Source: Zestosphaera tikiterensis
Lineage (GTDB): Archaea > Thermoproteota > Thermoprotei_A > Sulfolobales > NBVN01
Assembly (NCBI GenBank): GCA_003056265.1
Contig: NBVN01000002.1
Span: 330,001-362,000 of the forward strand
Length of the DNA: 32,000 bases
Reading direction: 5' to 3'
Shown here: in pieces, positions 15,167 to 25,147 of the stretch
Layout: each line of letters starts with the position of its first letter
How positions within the stretch are numbered: the first letter of the stretch is position 1
Notes under the pieces: model-generated
The model's input: the letters and a program-made list of their open reading frames with translations, nothing else
Told to the model about the DNA's origin: nothing
Database searches by the model: none
Position numbers and translations under genes: made by a program

Positions 15167-16160
15167 TTACTCTTTTCTCTTTTTCCAACTTGGTGGGTAG
15201 ACATCCCTACTCATAACTACTCTCTTAGTTTTTATAAATATGCCTTTTTTTGACTGAAGTAGTTCTTCTGTGTGCATTTGCGCGATTCCTACAGCTACCA
15301 ACTCCCCTTTTAAGGTGAATATAGCTACGTGGTCTCCTTTCCTTATTTTTTCATGTACTAACGCTACGCCCGGTACTGCTAAGTCGGCTCCGTACGTTAT
15401 CGCGCTAACGGCACCGTCAACCGCCACCACTTTAGGTAGGTGTGATACCATATACTCAGCCGGTAGTATAGCCTTCTTTAGCTTATCTTCGTCTTTACGT
15501 TCCTTCCATAGATATACATACTCAGAAAGTTCCTGCAACCTAACTAAGTTAAACTCCTCTTTAAACGGGCCTGTCCTTACCCTCCTTAACTCCCTCATAT
15601 GAGCTCCAACACCTAAAACATCGCCTATATCATGTATAAGTTTCCTAACGTACGTTCCATGCTCGCATAAAACCCTAATCAAGGCATAGGGATGTTCGTA
15701 CTCAATAAGCTCAAGTTCGTAAACCTCCTTAACTCTTAAGGCCCTTTTAACGGAAGACCTCACAGGCGGTTTTTGATATATCCTACCCTTAAACATCTCT
15801 AAAACTTCACGTACCTTACTAAGGTCTACCTCCTTATGCAACTGCATAACGGCGACATATTCCTTAGTAGATAACATTAAATAACCTATCAACTTAACAG
15901 CATCTTCAAGAGCTACCGGCAATACCCCCGTAACTTTGGGATTACCCCGCCCCATTACAGGGCTCTAGGGTCCCTCCATGACCGGCCTTACTTAAACCTA
16001 GCAAGTTCTTAACCCAAGCTACGACTTCATGACTTGTAGGCCCCGGGGGCTTATCCAAATTTACAACCCCAAACCTTAACAACTCGTTAAGTCCTCTATC
16101 CTCCGGACACTTCCCATACCTCTCATCTGTTTCAGACTCCCTTACTACAAACCACTTCAT
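15167..16160 (-). CDS. cbf5: H/ACA RNP pseudouridine synthase Cbf5 (TruB family), two exons joined by removing a 22-nt BHB intron: 16160..15964 + 15941..15167
   Basis: Exon 1 ends ...KPPGPTSHEVVAWVKNLLGLSKAGHGGTL. Exon 2 continues (D)PKVTGVLPVAL... and carries a C-terminal PUA domain. The joined length is 972 nt, i.e. 323 codons plus a stop. The gene follows rpl14e and cmk as in other archaea. Confidence 0.9.
15942..15963 (-). other. Bulge-helix-bulge (splicing-endonuclease type) intron in the cbf5 mRNA
   Basis: The mRNA reads GGGA-CCCU-[AGA]-GCCC-UGUAAUG-GGGC-GGGG-[UAA]-UCCC. Two 3-nt bulges sit on opposite strands, separated by a 4-bp helix. Excision restores GGG ACC CUA GAU CCC AAA, which encodes G T L D P K. 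Confidence 0.8.
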
Positions 16161-16280
16161 ATTTAAACCTGCGAACCTATCAAGCCTAACTATAAAATCT
16201 AATCCTTTACTCGTGAAACATCACCACCTTTTGAAAACCTCTAAAGAATAAAGTCTTTAAGATCGTTTTAAACCCAACGT

Positions 16281-16613
16281 TTAAGCCACTATGGTTTTAG
16301 AAGCTTTAACTTCTAAAAGCTGTTTCCTACTGATTTTAATCCTTTCCTTCATAAATTCTTCTAAACCATTAGCTTTTAAAGCTTCAGCAACTTCCTCATC
16401 GCTAGCGCCTTTCTTAATATCCACCTTCTTCTCCGTAGGTTCTATATGATTTACGTTAACTCTTCTCCTCTTAACGCCGGTTATCGATTTAGGTCCTGTA
16501 ATAAGGACGTAATTCTCGTCTATTATATCTACTATAACACACTTACGTCCAGCTTCCCTTCCATACAACTTAACGCATATCCTCCCAACTTCTATCGCAG
16601 CCATTTCAAACAC
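16281..16613 (-). CDS. rpl14e: 50S ribosomal protein L14e
   Basis: IEVGRICVKLYGREAGRKCVIVDIIDENYVLITGP is a KOW-type eL14 sequence, and the cluster position agrees. Confidence 0.9.
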   Translation of the reverse strand: MFEMAAIEVGRICVKLYGREAGRKCVIVDIIDENYVLITGPKSITGVKRRRVNVNHIEPTEKKVDIKKGASDEEVAEALKANGLEEFMKERIKISRKQLLEVKASKTIVA

Positions 16614-16639
16614 CTACTAAAGATAACTGTAGAAGCTCT

Positions 16640-17215
16640 TTAAGCTTTACTCTTCAACAACTTACGCTTTAAAACGAACTCAACAGCTTTAAGCGCTATG
16701 TCTAAAGTTTCCTCAGCATTGAAGACTTCAGTATTTATTATTAAGTCGTATACGCTTAAGTCGCTAAAGTCTATACCGTAAAATTCCTTGAACCTCCTAC
16801 TTTCTGAAGCTTCCCTAAGCTTAACTTCATTTAAGGCCTCTTCAAAAGATTTCCCGTCTCTCACAGCTATTCTGTTTGCTCTAGCGTTAAGACTTGCTTG
16901 AAGGAATATCTTAACGTCAGCAACGTCTTTAAGTATCCACCCAGCTATGTGGGCATCAACAACGACACAGCCCTTCATAGCTTCTTCATAGGCCTTAGTA
17001 TCTATATACCTGTCTATGTTTGGGTCCTCCTCAGCAAGTTTTGAAAGTTCTTCAAGCGTTAGCCCCCTCTCCTTAGCAATATTTCTAAATATAGAGCCTG
17101 AGGAAACATACCTAAGCCTTAACTGCTCAGCGAGTTTCTTAGCTAAGGTTGATTTACCACTTCCAGGTAAGCCAGCTACAGCTACGACAAGTCTAACCTC
17201 GCAGGCCTCACTCAA
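16640..17215 (-). CDS. cmk: Cytidylate kinase (archaeal type)
   Basis: It has the P-loop AGLPGSGKST, SSGSIFR and an NMP-kinase fold. Its position between rpl34e and rpl14e is conserved. Confidence 0.88.
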   Translation of the reverse strand: MSEACEVRLVVAVAGLPGSGKSTLAKKLAEQLRLRYVSSGSIFRNIAKERGLTLEELSKLAEEDPNIDRYIDTKAYEEAMKGCVVVDAHIAGWILKDVADVKIFLQASLNARANRIAVRDGKSFEEALNEVKLREASESRRFKEFYGIDFSDLSVYDLIINTEVFNAEETLDIALKAVEFVLKRKLLKSKA

Positions 17216-17230
17216 AAAAATTACCTCTTA

Positions 17231-17494
17231 CTAACTACTTCTTATTACTGACTTAATCGCTAGAGCTAAACATGAAGGACATAAAACGCCGCCGAACAAC
17301 CGCTCAGGCCTTTTAAACGTTTTACTGCCCCTCATCACAGCACCCTCTCTTGGAATGCCGTTAATTTCAGCACCGCATATAAAGCATCTAACTACGTATT
17401 TCTTCCTACGCTCGTAATGAATGACGGTCCTGCCTCCAGGGGTCCTACGCCATACCCTCTTAAACGACCTGGATCTAAGCGCAGGCCTCACCAT
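17231..17494 (-). CDS. rpl34e: 50S ribosomal protein L34e
   Basis: MVRPALRSRSFKRVWRRTPGGRTVIHYERRK..C..CG fits eL34. Confidence 0.9.
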   Translation of the reverse strand: MVRPALRSRSFKRVWRRTPGGRTVIHYERRKKYVVRCFICGAEINGIPREGAVMRGSKTFKRPERLFGGVLCPSCLALAIKSVIRSS

Positions 17495-17540
17495 CGAGTT
17501 AACCCCGCATAGGATAGGTACATAAATACTTAAAAGTTTT

Positions 17541-18005
17541 TTATTGTGTACCTCTTCTTAAGTAATCAAGCCCTACGATTCTATTATGTAGTGTTTGATA
17601 GCCGATTAACGTAGCTAGATATAGGAACAGATCGTTTAGAACGCCACCTTCTGAGATTATAGGTAGATCTATAGGTGAAGGTATGGGCATTCCAGACCCG
17701 TAAACAATTACTGAAGCTATGTAAGTATACCTAGTTAAAAACAAGGATATGAATATACCGGCCCATAAAGCAAGTAAATTAACTAAGAAGAAATTACTTA
17801 ATTTACCACGTAACACTTTAATCCTCGCTTCTAAGATCTTAGCTTTCTTCTCCTTCCCCGAAACACTACTGGCTTCCTTCTCTAACTCCCTCAACTCCTT
17901 AACAACATCCTTAATTTTCAACCTCCCCTCAGCATACCACTTAACTAGGTAAGACCATGGCAACACCGTAGCTACTATAGTCATAACGTATAACACTGTA
18001 AGCAT
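17541..18005 (-). CDS. DUF106 / EMC3-Oxa1-like membrane protein
   Basis: The 154-aa ORF has TM, charged coiled-coil (KELRELEKEASSVSGKEKKAKILEARIKVLRGKL), TM, TM topology. It occupies the conserved adk-DUF106-rpl34e position. Confidence 0.7.
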   Translation of the reverse strand: MLTVLYVMTIVATVLPWSYLVKWYAEGRLKIKDVVKELRELEKEASSVSGKEKKAKILEARIKVLRGKLSNFFLVNLLALWAGIFISLFLTRYTYIASVIVYGSGMPIPSPIDLPIISEGGVLNDLFLYLATLIGYQTLHNRIVGLDYLRRGTQ

Positions 18006-18006
18006 A

Positions 18007-18639
18007 TCACAACCTCTTTACCGCTTCAGCTAATGATCTACCTGCCTCCTCAGCTTTACCTTCTTCGTTATATATGATAATTAACGACGCTCCAACGTAT
18101 GAAGCACTGACCGCGGCAAACACCCTAATAAGACCCATTACCTCCTCAATAATCTTAAGGTCGGAGTAGTCGCTCCTAACCCTACTCACGTCCTTAGCCT
18201 GCCTAGCTAAAACTTCCTTAGGATCAGCTTCTATAACGGCTATCATGTCAGGCCTTAACTCCTTAACGACATGTTCCGGTAAGCCAGGCCAATACCCTGA
18301 TGGGGTTTTTATTAAGGCATGAGTATCTACGAAGAAAATCAATTTTTCATTACTACGTTCGTTAGCTAAACTTTCGATATATTTACGCATATCCTTAGCA
18401 GCTAAAGCTTGAATCTCTCTTTGCTTACTTAAGGGCAACTTCCTTATCTCATCTCTGTTTTTAATTAAGCCTGTTTTAATGAGGTAGTTAAACATGTAGT
18501 CCCCGAAGTTCAATATCTCAACAAGGAAGCCCTCCCCTTCAAGGAATTTTTTAGTATGGTTCAACACCGTTGACTTCCCAACGCCTGCTATACCTACGCT
18601 CACTACAACCCTAAGCGTTTCAAGCCCCACTTTACTCAC
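18007..18639 (-). CDS. adkA: Adenylate kinase, archaeal AdkA type
   Basis: It has the P-loop GIAGVGKSTV and the typical AdkA length, and lies directly downstream of secY. Confidence 0.88.
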   Translation of the reverse strand: MSKVGLETLRVVVSVGIAGVGKSTVLNHTKKFLEGEGFLVEILNFGDYMFNYLIKTGLIKNRDEIRKLPLSKQREIQALAAKDMRKYIESLANERSNEKLIFFVDTHALIKTPSGYWPGLPEHVVKELRPDMIAVIEADPKEVLARQAKDVSRVRSDYSDLKIIEEVMGLIRVFAAVSASYVGASLIIIYNEEGKAEEAGRSLAEAVKRL

Positions 18640-20026
18640 CGATGATGCGTTTTAGAAGTGGGTACATCTCTAAAGCACGTTCGTAAGCTATTTGAGCGTA
18701 GAGCTGTTGGATTATCCCAACTCCGAGTAACAATCCCATACCGGATCCGTAAACGTTGAATATATCAGCAATTAAAGCTATAGCCGCTACTATAATCGAG
18801 CTTAGCAACGCTAAGGGGTATATATACTTCGAAAGAACCATTTCTAAAGATTTCGGATTGCTTCTATGCCCCGGCATTTGAAGACCTGACTTTATTAAAT
18901 TCTCTGCTTGCGCTGAAGGCCCAAGACCAGCAACCTCAACCCACATGAGGCCGAAGAGTATTGCTAGACCTACTAATAATATAGCGTAAACACCCACTCT
19001 AACTGGGTCATAAAGGATTTCAAGCAAGGTGTTTGGCGGTTGCATGTAGTGAACAGCAGTTTGCAACGCTCCTACAAGCCAAGGCACGTTAGAGGCGTAA
19101 GCAGACGCTAAGTTGTTGAACAATATTAAGTCAGAGAAGACAATCCCTACAAGCAGTATGGGTATGTTGGTAACGTAGAGGAACTGTAGGGGTACGCTAG
19201 ACCTTATCCCAGGAAGTCTTTGGGTAGTTATGGGTATGTTTACCTTCATACCCTGAAGGTACGTTATAACTATAGTAAGCACTATCAACGCTATTAAACC
19301 AGTTAACGAAGGCACTACCCCAACCCCTGGGACATAACCGAAGATTAACCTCGTAAAGTCTATAGAACCTCTTTGTAAGGCTTGTATAAGGTATGGTATG
19401 ATTCCGTAGTATTGCTCCGGAGAAGCTTTCGGGATGTTAACTGGGGCGAATAAAGACCAAGCTATGGTTTTCGAAATGCCCGCTAATATAAAGAGACTCA
19501 CACCAGAGCCTATACCGTAACCTTTCTGCACCGCTTCATCAAGAATCATAAGTATTAACGCGCCTATGAAGAACTGTGTAAATATAGCTAAGGTTATGAA
19601 TATGTTTAAACGATAGTATAAGGCAAATCCGAAGCCCTCCACGCAAGCCAGGATTAAAGCAAGTCCCTTCTCAGCTTGCGTAAAAAGTTTCCTATCCTCA
19701 GGTTTCGTTAGATCTAAATCTATGATCTTAGCACCAACCAATATCTGTATTATTAACCCGGCAGTAACTAAGGGACCTATACCTAACTGAGCTAAGGAAC
19801 CGCTTGTAGACGCGAAGATTACACTTATTATTTGAGGTAATTGAACGCCTTGAACGTTAGGATAAGCAGCTAGCGGAAATGCTAACGTTGAAGACATGAT
19901 GTAGTAAACAACAACTACTAAAAACGTATAGATTAACCTCTTACCTAAGTCGGGACGTCTGGCAGGCTTAGGTGGGGAAGGCACGTACTCGCCAAGCTTC
20001 GCAAACCACTGCAGGATACCCATCAA
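18632..20026 (-). CDS. secY: Preprotein translocase subunit SecY
   Basis: 464 aa with 10 TM segments and SecY/Sec61alpha blocks (LGIGPLVTAGLIIQIL, GYGIGSGVSLFI). Confidence 0.95.
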   Translation of the reverse strand: MMGILQWFAKLGEYVPSPPKPARRPDLGKRLIYTFLVVVVYYIMSSTLAFPLAAYPNVQGVQLPQIISVIFASTSGSLAQLGIGPLVTAGLIIQILVGAKIIDLDLTKPEDRKLFTQAEKGLALILACVEGFGFALYYRLNIFITLAIFTQFFIGALILMILDEAVQKGYGIGSGVSLFILAGISKTIAWSLFAPVNIPKASPEQYYGIIPYLIQALQRGSIDFTRLIFGYVPGVGVVPSLTGLIALIVLTIVITYLQGMKVNIPITTQRLPGIRSSVPLQFLYVTNIPILLVGIVFSDLILFNNLASAYASNVPWLVGALQTAVHYMQPPNTLLEILYDPVRVGVYAILLVGLAILFGLMWVEVAGLGPSAQAENLIKSGLQMPGHRSNPKSLEMVLSKYIYPLALLSSIIVAAIALIADIFNVYGSGMGLLLGVGIIQQLYAQIAYERALEMYPLLKRIIGE

Positions 20027-20053
20027 ACACTCCCTAAGTCTTTATACTATCCG

Positions 20054-20066
20054 ATTATAAAGCTTT
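20054..20066 (-). promoter_or_regulatory. BRE/TATA-like box (aaagctttataat on the minus strand) upstream of secY
   Basis: It is centred about 32 nt upstream of ATG 20026 and carries the same word as the rps19e and nep1 boxes. Confidence 0.45.
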
Positions 20067-20397
20067 ACAACTAAAAGCTCCGTTATCTACGGTGGGATAT
20101 ACGTTTATATCTTCTTTTAAACTCAATGTTTCATCGCTCCTAAGTTATTATTTACTTAATTTGCGAGGATTCAAAACGCTTAAGAGCTCTAGAGGCAATT
20201 AACGATGACTCAAGATAATATAAACCCGTGAAAACGAATAGATGATTTAAGTCGTTGGAAATAAAGGATCATTACTCCTCCCTGGAAAACGACGTAACGA
20301 AGAAGTACAGCTTTAAGTTTTAAAATACTGAGATAAAACTCCGTCTTAAATCTTATGGGAAGGTTTTTGCGATGAGTGAGGGTATAGACGGAACATT

Positions 20398-20402
20398 AAA
20401 AA
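20398..20402 (-). terminator. Oligo-T (T5 on the minus strand) 4 nt after the rpl15 stop
   Basis: The plus-strand aaaaa at 20398-20402 matches the archaeal intrinsic termination signal, and a 380-nt gene-free spacer follows. Confidence 0.4.
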
Positions 20403-20406
20403 CCAG

Positions 20407-20868
20407 TTATTCACCTTCCTTCTTAGTACTTAAGACGATGACTTCTCCGCCGGCTTCTTTAACCTTCCTTATAGCTTCTTCAGTAGCGAACATCGTTTTT
20501 ATCCTTAACTTCTTATTTACGCTACCCCCTCCTAACAGCTTATTATAGCCTAAGGTTGCTAAGTCTATCTCTATAAAGTCGTTGGTCGCTTTTATCTTGC
20601 CTGAAGCTATTAACTCATCTACGATCTCGTTTAATCTGCCGACGTTTATAGCTATTATATCTTCACTTATGGATGTTGGGTTCTTAAATCCGTGTTTCCC
20701 GTACCAGTCTGGGTGATATTTCACTGTCCACGTCCATTTATGTTTATGGAGGCCTGCTGCCCCCCTACCTCCTCTGCTTCCTGCTTTCCTATGCTGACCT
20801 ATAGTTCCATAACCGTGTGTTCTACTCCCCCTCATCTTCCTACTTTTCTTATTTCTCCTTACGACCAT
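20407..20868 (-). CDS. rpl15: 50S ribosomal protein L15 (uL15)
   Basis: KKSRKMRGSRTHGYG..GQHRK.G.RGGRG.AG..KH fits uL15. Confidence 0.93.
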   Translation of the reverse strand: MVVRRNKKSRKMRGSRTHGYGTIGQHRKAGSRGGRGAAGLHKHKWTWTVKYHPDWYGKHGFKNPTSISEDIIAINVGRLNEIVDELIASGKIKATNDFIEIDLATLGYNKLLGGGSVNKKLRIKTMFATEEAIRKVKEAGGEVIVLSTKKEGE

Positions 20869-20879
20869 AGCCTATCACC

Positions 20880-21353
20880 TCAAACCATCCTATTTATTAA
20901 CTCGTTTATTGCCTCCCCTCTATAACCTAATTCTCCCCCGCTACCTAAAGGTTTTTTAATGCTTCTCTTAAACCCTCCTTTAGGGGGATGTAGTCTAAAT
21001 ACGGGTTTTACCTTATCCTCCAGTTTATGCCAGAATATCCTACCTTCAATCAACGCATTTACAAGTTCATCTACGTCCATACCGAACAACTCTTTAATCC
21101 TCTCCTCATTTAAAGGTTTATTACCTACTGTACGGCCTCTCTCAAGTATTAACTTCTTAAGTGTTTCAGCCTGTATTTCCCCCCAAGTCACCCAATCTTT
21201 CACTACATCAAGCATGCCGTCTATGGAATCCGTCTTAGGATATATCACCGCTGTGTATTTACGTGTTAACCTCAGGAGCTTTAAAGTAGCCTCAACGTCT
21301 GGAGGGACGTCCACCCTCCCCCTTAATCTCACTATAACGTAAAGCGCTGACAT
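20880..21353 (-). CDS. rpl30: 50S ribosomal protein L30 (uL30)
   Basis: LYVIVRLRGRVDVPPDVEATLKLLRLTRKYTAVI fits uL30. Confidence 0.92.
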   Translation of the reverse strand: MSALYVIVRLRGRVDVPPDVEATLKLLRLTRKYTAVIYPKTDSIDGMLDVVKDWVTWGEIQAETLKKLILERGRTVGNKPLNEERIKELFGMDVDELVNALIEGRIFWHKLEDKVKPVFRLHPPKGGFKRSIKKPLGSGGELGYRGEAINELINRMV

Positions 21354-21985
21354 TACATACCCCCTCTAGACCAGTCGTAGACAGTCATGAATTTATACGT
21401 CCTCTTTAAGGCATCGAAAGTAGCTTGAGCGAAGTTTATAGTTGTGCGTGTCTCGCCTTTACTCCACGTCCAAACATCGCTAATTCCCGCATACCTTAAT
21501 AACAACTTAGCTACGTCGCTAGCTACTAACCCAGTACCTTTAGGAGCAGGCATTAAAGTAATTCTTACAGAACCTGCCTTACCTTCGACTTTAAACGGCA
21601 CGCTATGAGGTTCCGTACACGAACATTCCCAACTGCCGCAACCCCTCCTTACAGGCACGATGTTAAGTTTAGCGTTTCTAATGGCTTTATCTATCGCTTG
21701 ACGTATTTGCTTAGCCTTACCGAGGCCTATCCCTACATAACCATTGAAATTACCCACCACAACCATAACTCTAAACCTTGTTACCTCACCCGCATCCGTT
21801 TGTTTCTGCACGATGTTAACGTCGACTACTTCGTGCTTTAAATCAGGTAGTAGGTAATCTACGATCTCAGGCTCTCTAATAACCATGTTCTGATCGAAGA
21901 TCTCTTTTATGCTGGTTATCCTACCCTCTTTAACGAGCCTTCCTAACCTAGTTCTAGGAATCCACTCACTTAAGTGTGAACTCAT
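21353..21985 (-). CDS. rps5: 30S ribosomal protein S5 (uS5)
   Basis: [17 protein letters not shown] plus [17 protein letters not shown] fits uS5. Confidence 0.93.
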   Translation of the reverse strand: MSSHLSEWIPRTRLGRLVKEGRITSIKEIFDQNMVIREPEIVDYLLPDLKHEVVDVNIVQKQTDAGEVTRFRVMVVVGNFNGYVGIGLGKAKQIRQAIDKAIRNAKLNIVPVRRGCGSWECSCTEPHSVPFKVEGKAGSVRITLMPAPKGTGLVASDVAKLLLRYAGISDVWTWSKGETRTTINFAQATFDALKRTYKFMTVYDWSRGGM

Positions 21986-22587
21986 GGCTTACCACCGGAG
22001 AAAACCTTAAGTATTTTGTCCTTCACCTCATTAAAGTGTTGTGGGAGGTTTCTAGGGTCAAGCCCTCTCTTAAGATATTCTGAAAACCTACTTTCGAAAG
22101 CTGCTTGATCATTGCTATACATTAAATTGGCGTACTCAGATATATGCTTGCCTAAGATCCTATCCTCGTCTGGGAACATCTCCTCATCCACAGGTATTTT
22201 AACTCCGGCGTCTACGAATCCCTTTAAAACAGCGTATATCCTACTACCCTTCACAGACTTATGCATTCCTATATCAGGTATGGCGTATGTGATTCCCTTC
22301 TTTAAAGAGAGTAGTCCAGCCACCAACCCCGTGAGGTAAGCGGCTGGCGTGTTATTAAGATCGCCTAACCATCCATAATTCCTTAACGACTTGCTTGTGA
22401 CGCCTACTAATGTTTTATCTCCGTTGGGTGCGAATTCTATTACTTGAGCTATGATCTGAGTATTCGTCTTCCTTACCACTACCCGTATTTTCTGACCTGA
22501 TTTAACCATCCTATACCTTCTACAGTAGTTTGTTTTCCCTTCTCTTCTCCTCCTGCGTGGGACTTTATACGTAGGTCCTCTAGCCAC
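21982..22587 (-). CDS. rpl18: 50S ribosomal protein L18 (uL18)
   Basis: [25 protein letters not shown]....R.VVRKTN..I.AQ fits uL18. Confidence 0.93.
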   Translation of the reverse strand: MARGPTYKVPRRRRREGKTNYCRRYRMVKSGQKIRVVVRKTNTQIIAQVIEFAPNGDKTLVGVTSKSLRNYGWLGDLNNTPAAYLTGLVAGLLSLKKGITYAIPDIGMHKSVKGSRIYAVLKGFVDAGVKIPVDEEMFPDEDRILGKHISEYANLMYSNDQAAFESRFSEYLKRGLDPRNLPQHFNEVKDKILKVFSGGKP

Positions 22588-22588
22588 A

Positions 22589-23041
22589 TTACCTCACCTT
22601 AATACCTAAATCACTTAAGTACCTTTTAAGGTCGGCTAAGCTTTTGAACGCACCGCCTTTAGCGTGAAGGTATAGCCTCCTGTAGGTTTTCCTATCTATT
22701 ACTTCATTGTCCCGTAACCACTTAAGATACCTTCTTATCTTCCTTATCGTGTAAACCCACATCATCTCCGGATCGCTTCGAGATGTTTTACTACCCTTCC
22801 TACTTCCGTAACCTCTCCTATGCCCTTTCTTACGTTTTTCATGTAGTTCTTTCCACCTACCCCTAGAGTTCCTCCTCGCCGGCTCAGCCCAAATAACCCC
22901 CTCATCAATCAACTTCTTGATATCCTCCCTCCTAAGCGCCGATTCAACCTCCGAGATCTTAGTTGGATCTATCCTAATCCTTGAAACTCCAACGCCCAAT
23001 ATCTCCGCAGCAAGTCTTTTCTGCGTGGTTAAGTCAGGCAT
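22589..23041 (-). CDS. rpl19e: 50S ribosomal protein L19e
   Basis: DLTTQKRLAAEILGVGVSRIRIDP fits eL19. The track opens at 23056, but ATG 23041 (MPDLTT...) avoids overlap with the rpl32e stop. Confidence 0.9.
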   Translation of the reverse strand: MPDLTTQKRLAAEILGVGVSRIRIDPTKISEVESALRREDIKKLIDEGVIWAEPARRNSRGRWKELHEKRKKGHRRGYGSRKGSKTSRSDPEMMWVYTIRKIRRYLKWLRDNEVIDRKTYRRLYLHAKGGAFKSLADLKRYLSDLGIKVR

Positions 23042-23429
23042 GCACCCCACCCTCATTAGCTACTATAAAGCCTAATTCTTTAGCTTTAGCTACAATCTCA
23101 GATTTCTTACGCGCACCTACGGTTCTTCCCACGTACACTATGACTTCCGCTGGGTTAAACAAAGAAAGTTCTTTAACGTTATGAACCACTACAGGTTTCA
23201 ACCCGCTTGGGTGATAACCCCTTATATCTTTAGGAACTCTAAACCCTACGGAAGCCATAGGCGGATGTCCCTTAAGCCTCAACCTCATTGGGTTGTCTAT
23301 ACCCTTAGGTTTCCTCCACTTTAAATCATTCATAAACTTTCTAAACTTCCACCATTGATGTCTAAGGAACCGCACCTTCCTTTTGTTCTTTATCTTTTTA
23401 AGCACTTCTTCCTTACTGACTCTACTCAT
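23034..23429 (-). CDS. rpl32e: 50S ribosomal protein L32e
   Basis: RFLRHQWWKFRKF...WRKPKGIDNPMR...G fits eL32. Confidence 0.92.
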   Translation of the reverse strand: MSRVSKEEVLKKIKNKRKVRFLRHQWWKFRKFMNDLKWRKPKGIDNPMRLRLKGHPPMASVGFRVPKDIRGYHPSGLKPVVVHNVKELSLFNPAEVIVYVGRTVGARKKSEIVAKAKELGFIVANEGGVHA

Positions 23430-23431
23430 GC

Positions 23432-23995
23432 TTACTCACCATCCATGAACTCCTTCTTATATATGTAAATCCCGTCAACAAATACTCTTCGATCAACTCC
23501 ACGTATTTTAGTAGCTGTTTCTATGTTGGCAGCTGTTTGACCGACTTCCTCAATATCTATACCTTCAACTACGACGTCCGTCTTCATTACTTTAACTTTA
23601 GCCTTACCTACGATCTTCGCTATTCTAGGGGCTTTCTCACCTATGAAGTTCTCGATTATCACCTTATCACCTTCAACTTTAACGCTTATTGGGTAGTGAG
23701 CGTAAACTATCTTTAACCAATATCTGAAGCCCTTAGTAACTCCTAATATCATGTTCCTTATATGCGCTGCTACAGCGTAGAATTTAGCTTTAGTTTTCCG
23801 ATCTGCGAAGAACGTCGTTAAAACCACTTTATTATCCTCAACGGATATCTTAATCTCCCTAGCATGGCTGAAGTCTCTAGACACCTCACCTTTAGGGCCT
23901 TTAACCGTTACCTTACGGTTATCAACCACCACTTCAACGTTGGAAGGTATTTCGATAGATTCCCTTAATGAAACCACTCTAACCAATGAACCCAC
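23432..23995 (-). CDS. rpl6: 50S ribosomal protein L6 (uL6)
   Basis: It has the two-domain uL6 pattern, including VTVKGPKGEVSRDFSH. Confidence 0.92.
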   Translation of the reverse strand: MGSLVRVVSLRESIEIPSNVEVVVDNRKVTVKGPKGEVSRDFSHAREIKISVEDNKVVLTTFFADRKTKAKFYAVAAHIRNMILGVTKGFRYWLKIVYAHYPISVKVEGDKVIIENFIGEKAPRIAKIVGKAKVKVMKTDVVVEGIDIEEVGQTAANIETATKIRGVDRRVFVDGIYIYKKEFMDGE

Positions 23996-23996
23996 C

Positions 23997-24407
23997 TCAA
24001 TATACGTACGCTAGTAAGATCCCCCCAATCCTCTTCTCTAAAGCTTCCTTATGGGACATGATACCCTGCGGTGTCGTTAATATTAATATACCAATGTCCC
24101 TCGATGGCAGATATTCTCTAAGCCAGTTAGGCATTCTAGCTAACTCACTGTACGTTACCGGCGTCCTAGGCTTAATAACGCCTGTTTTGTTTATCCTACC
24201 TAACAACTGCACTTTTATTTTACCCCATCTACCATCGTCTATGTGTTCAAACTCCCCGATGTAGCCGTGTTTCTGCATAACTCTAAGAACCATAGCTATA
24301 AGTTTCGACGAAGGCATAATAACAGCTTCTTTCTTACCTCTCATTTCATTATTTAATATCGTTGAAAGAGCGTTTGCGAGGGTGTCTGTGGAGACCGTAT
24401 TCATCAC
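23997..24407 (-). CDS. rps8: 30S ribosomal protein S8 (uS8)
   Basis: [20 protein letters not shown] and the C-terminal GILLAYVY fit uS8. Confidence 0.93.
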   Translation of the reverse strand: MMNTVSTDTLANALSTILNNEMRGKKEAVIMPSSKLIAMVLRVMQKHGYIGEFEHIDDGRWGKIKVQLLGRINKTGVIKPRTPVTYSELARMPNWLREYLPSRDIGILILTTPQGIMSHKEALEKRIGGILLAYVY

Positions 24408-24408
24408 C

Positions 24409-24573
24409 TCACATATATTTCTTAAACCCTAACTCCATCGCTACCTCTCTAAAACATTGCCTACAGAGGTAGAGACCGTATTTCTGAATTACAGCATCTC
24501 TACTACCGCATCTCTGACATACTTGAACGCCACGACCATATCTTCTTACAGTTGGTTGTTTAAACTTACCCAT
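24409..24573 (-). CDS. rps14: 30S ribosomal protein S14 (uS14, zinc type); too short for the ORF track
   Basis: Hand translation gives [54 protein letters not shown] (54 aa, CxxC...CxxC). It fills the rpl5-rps8 gap exactly. Confidence 0.9.
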   Translation of the reverse strand: MGKFKQPTVRRYGRGVQVCQRCGSRDAVIQKYGLYLCRQCFREVAMELGFKKYM

Positions 24574-24574
24574 G

Positions 24575-25147
24575 TCAAACCACCCTAGTGTTAAGCTCTT
24601 TAATGAAGAAAACCATAGCCTCGACTTTAGAGACGCGATGTCTTCTAGGGATACGCGATTTTTTAACGCGTCTTCTCATGACTCGATAGCCTGGACGCTC
24701 TAACGTCACACAAACATCCATTCCGAAAATCCCTAATTCAGGGTCGTATTTAACCCCAGGCAACATTATATGTTCTTTAATGCCTATCGTAACGTTTCCG
24801 AAGCCGTCAAAGGATGAAGCCTTAACTCTCCTGCCTAAGGCATCAAGCACTTTATTAAGGAACTCTAAAGCTTTAGACCCCCTTAAGGTTACCGCTACAG
24901 CTATAGGCTCACCCTTCCTAACACCGAATTCCTTAATGGTTTTCTTAGCTTTCCTTTCAGAAGGTTCCTGACCTGTAAGCATCTGCAGAACTTTAGCGGC
25001 TTTCTTCAACCTTTCTCCGGACTCACCCACACCTATGTTTACAGTCACCTTAGCTAGCCTAGGCTTTAACATAGGGTTAGAAGACCATCTCTTAAGAACT
25101 TCATCTACTACCGCATCCGTTATTTTAAGCTTAGCTACCGCGCTCAT
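24575..25147 (-). CDS. rpl5: 50S ribosomal protein L5 (uL5)
   Basis: [24 protein letters not shown] and [16 protein letters not shown] fit uL5. Confidence 0.93.
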   Translation of the reverse strand: MSAVAKLKITDAVVDEVLKRWSSNPMLKPRLAKVTVNIGVGESGERLKKAAKVLQMLTGQEPSERKAKKTIKEFGVRKGEPIAVAVTLRGSKALEFLNKVLDALGRRVKASSFDGFGNVTIGIKEHIMLPGVKYDPELGIFGMDVCVTLERPGYRVMRRRVKKSRIPRRHRVSKVEAMVFFIKELNTRVV

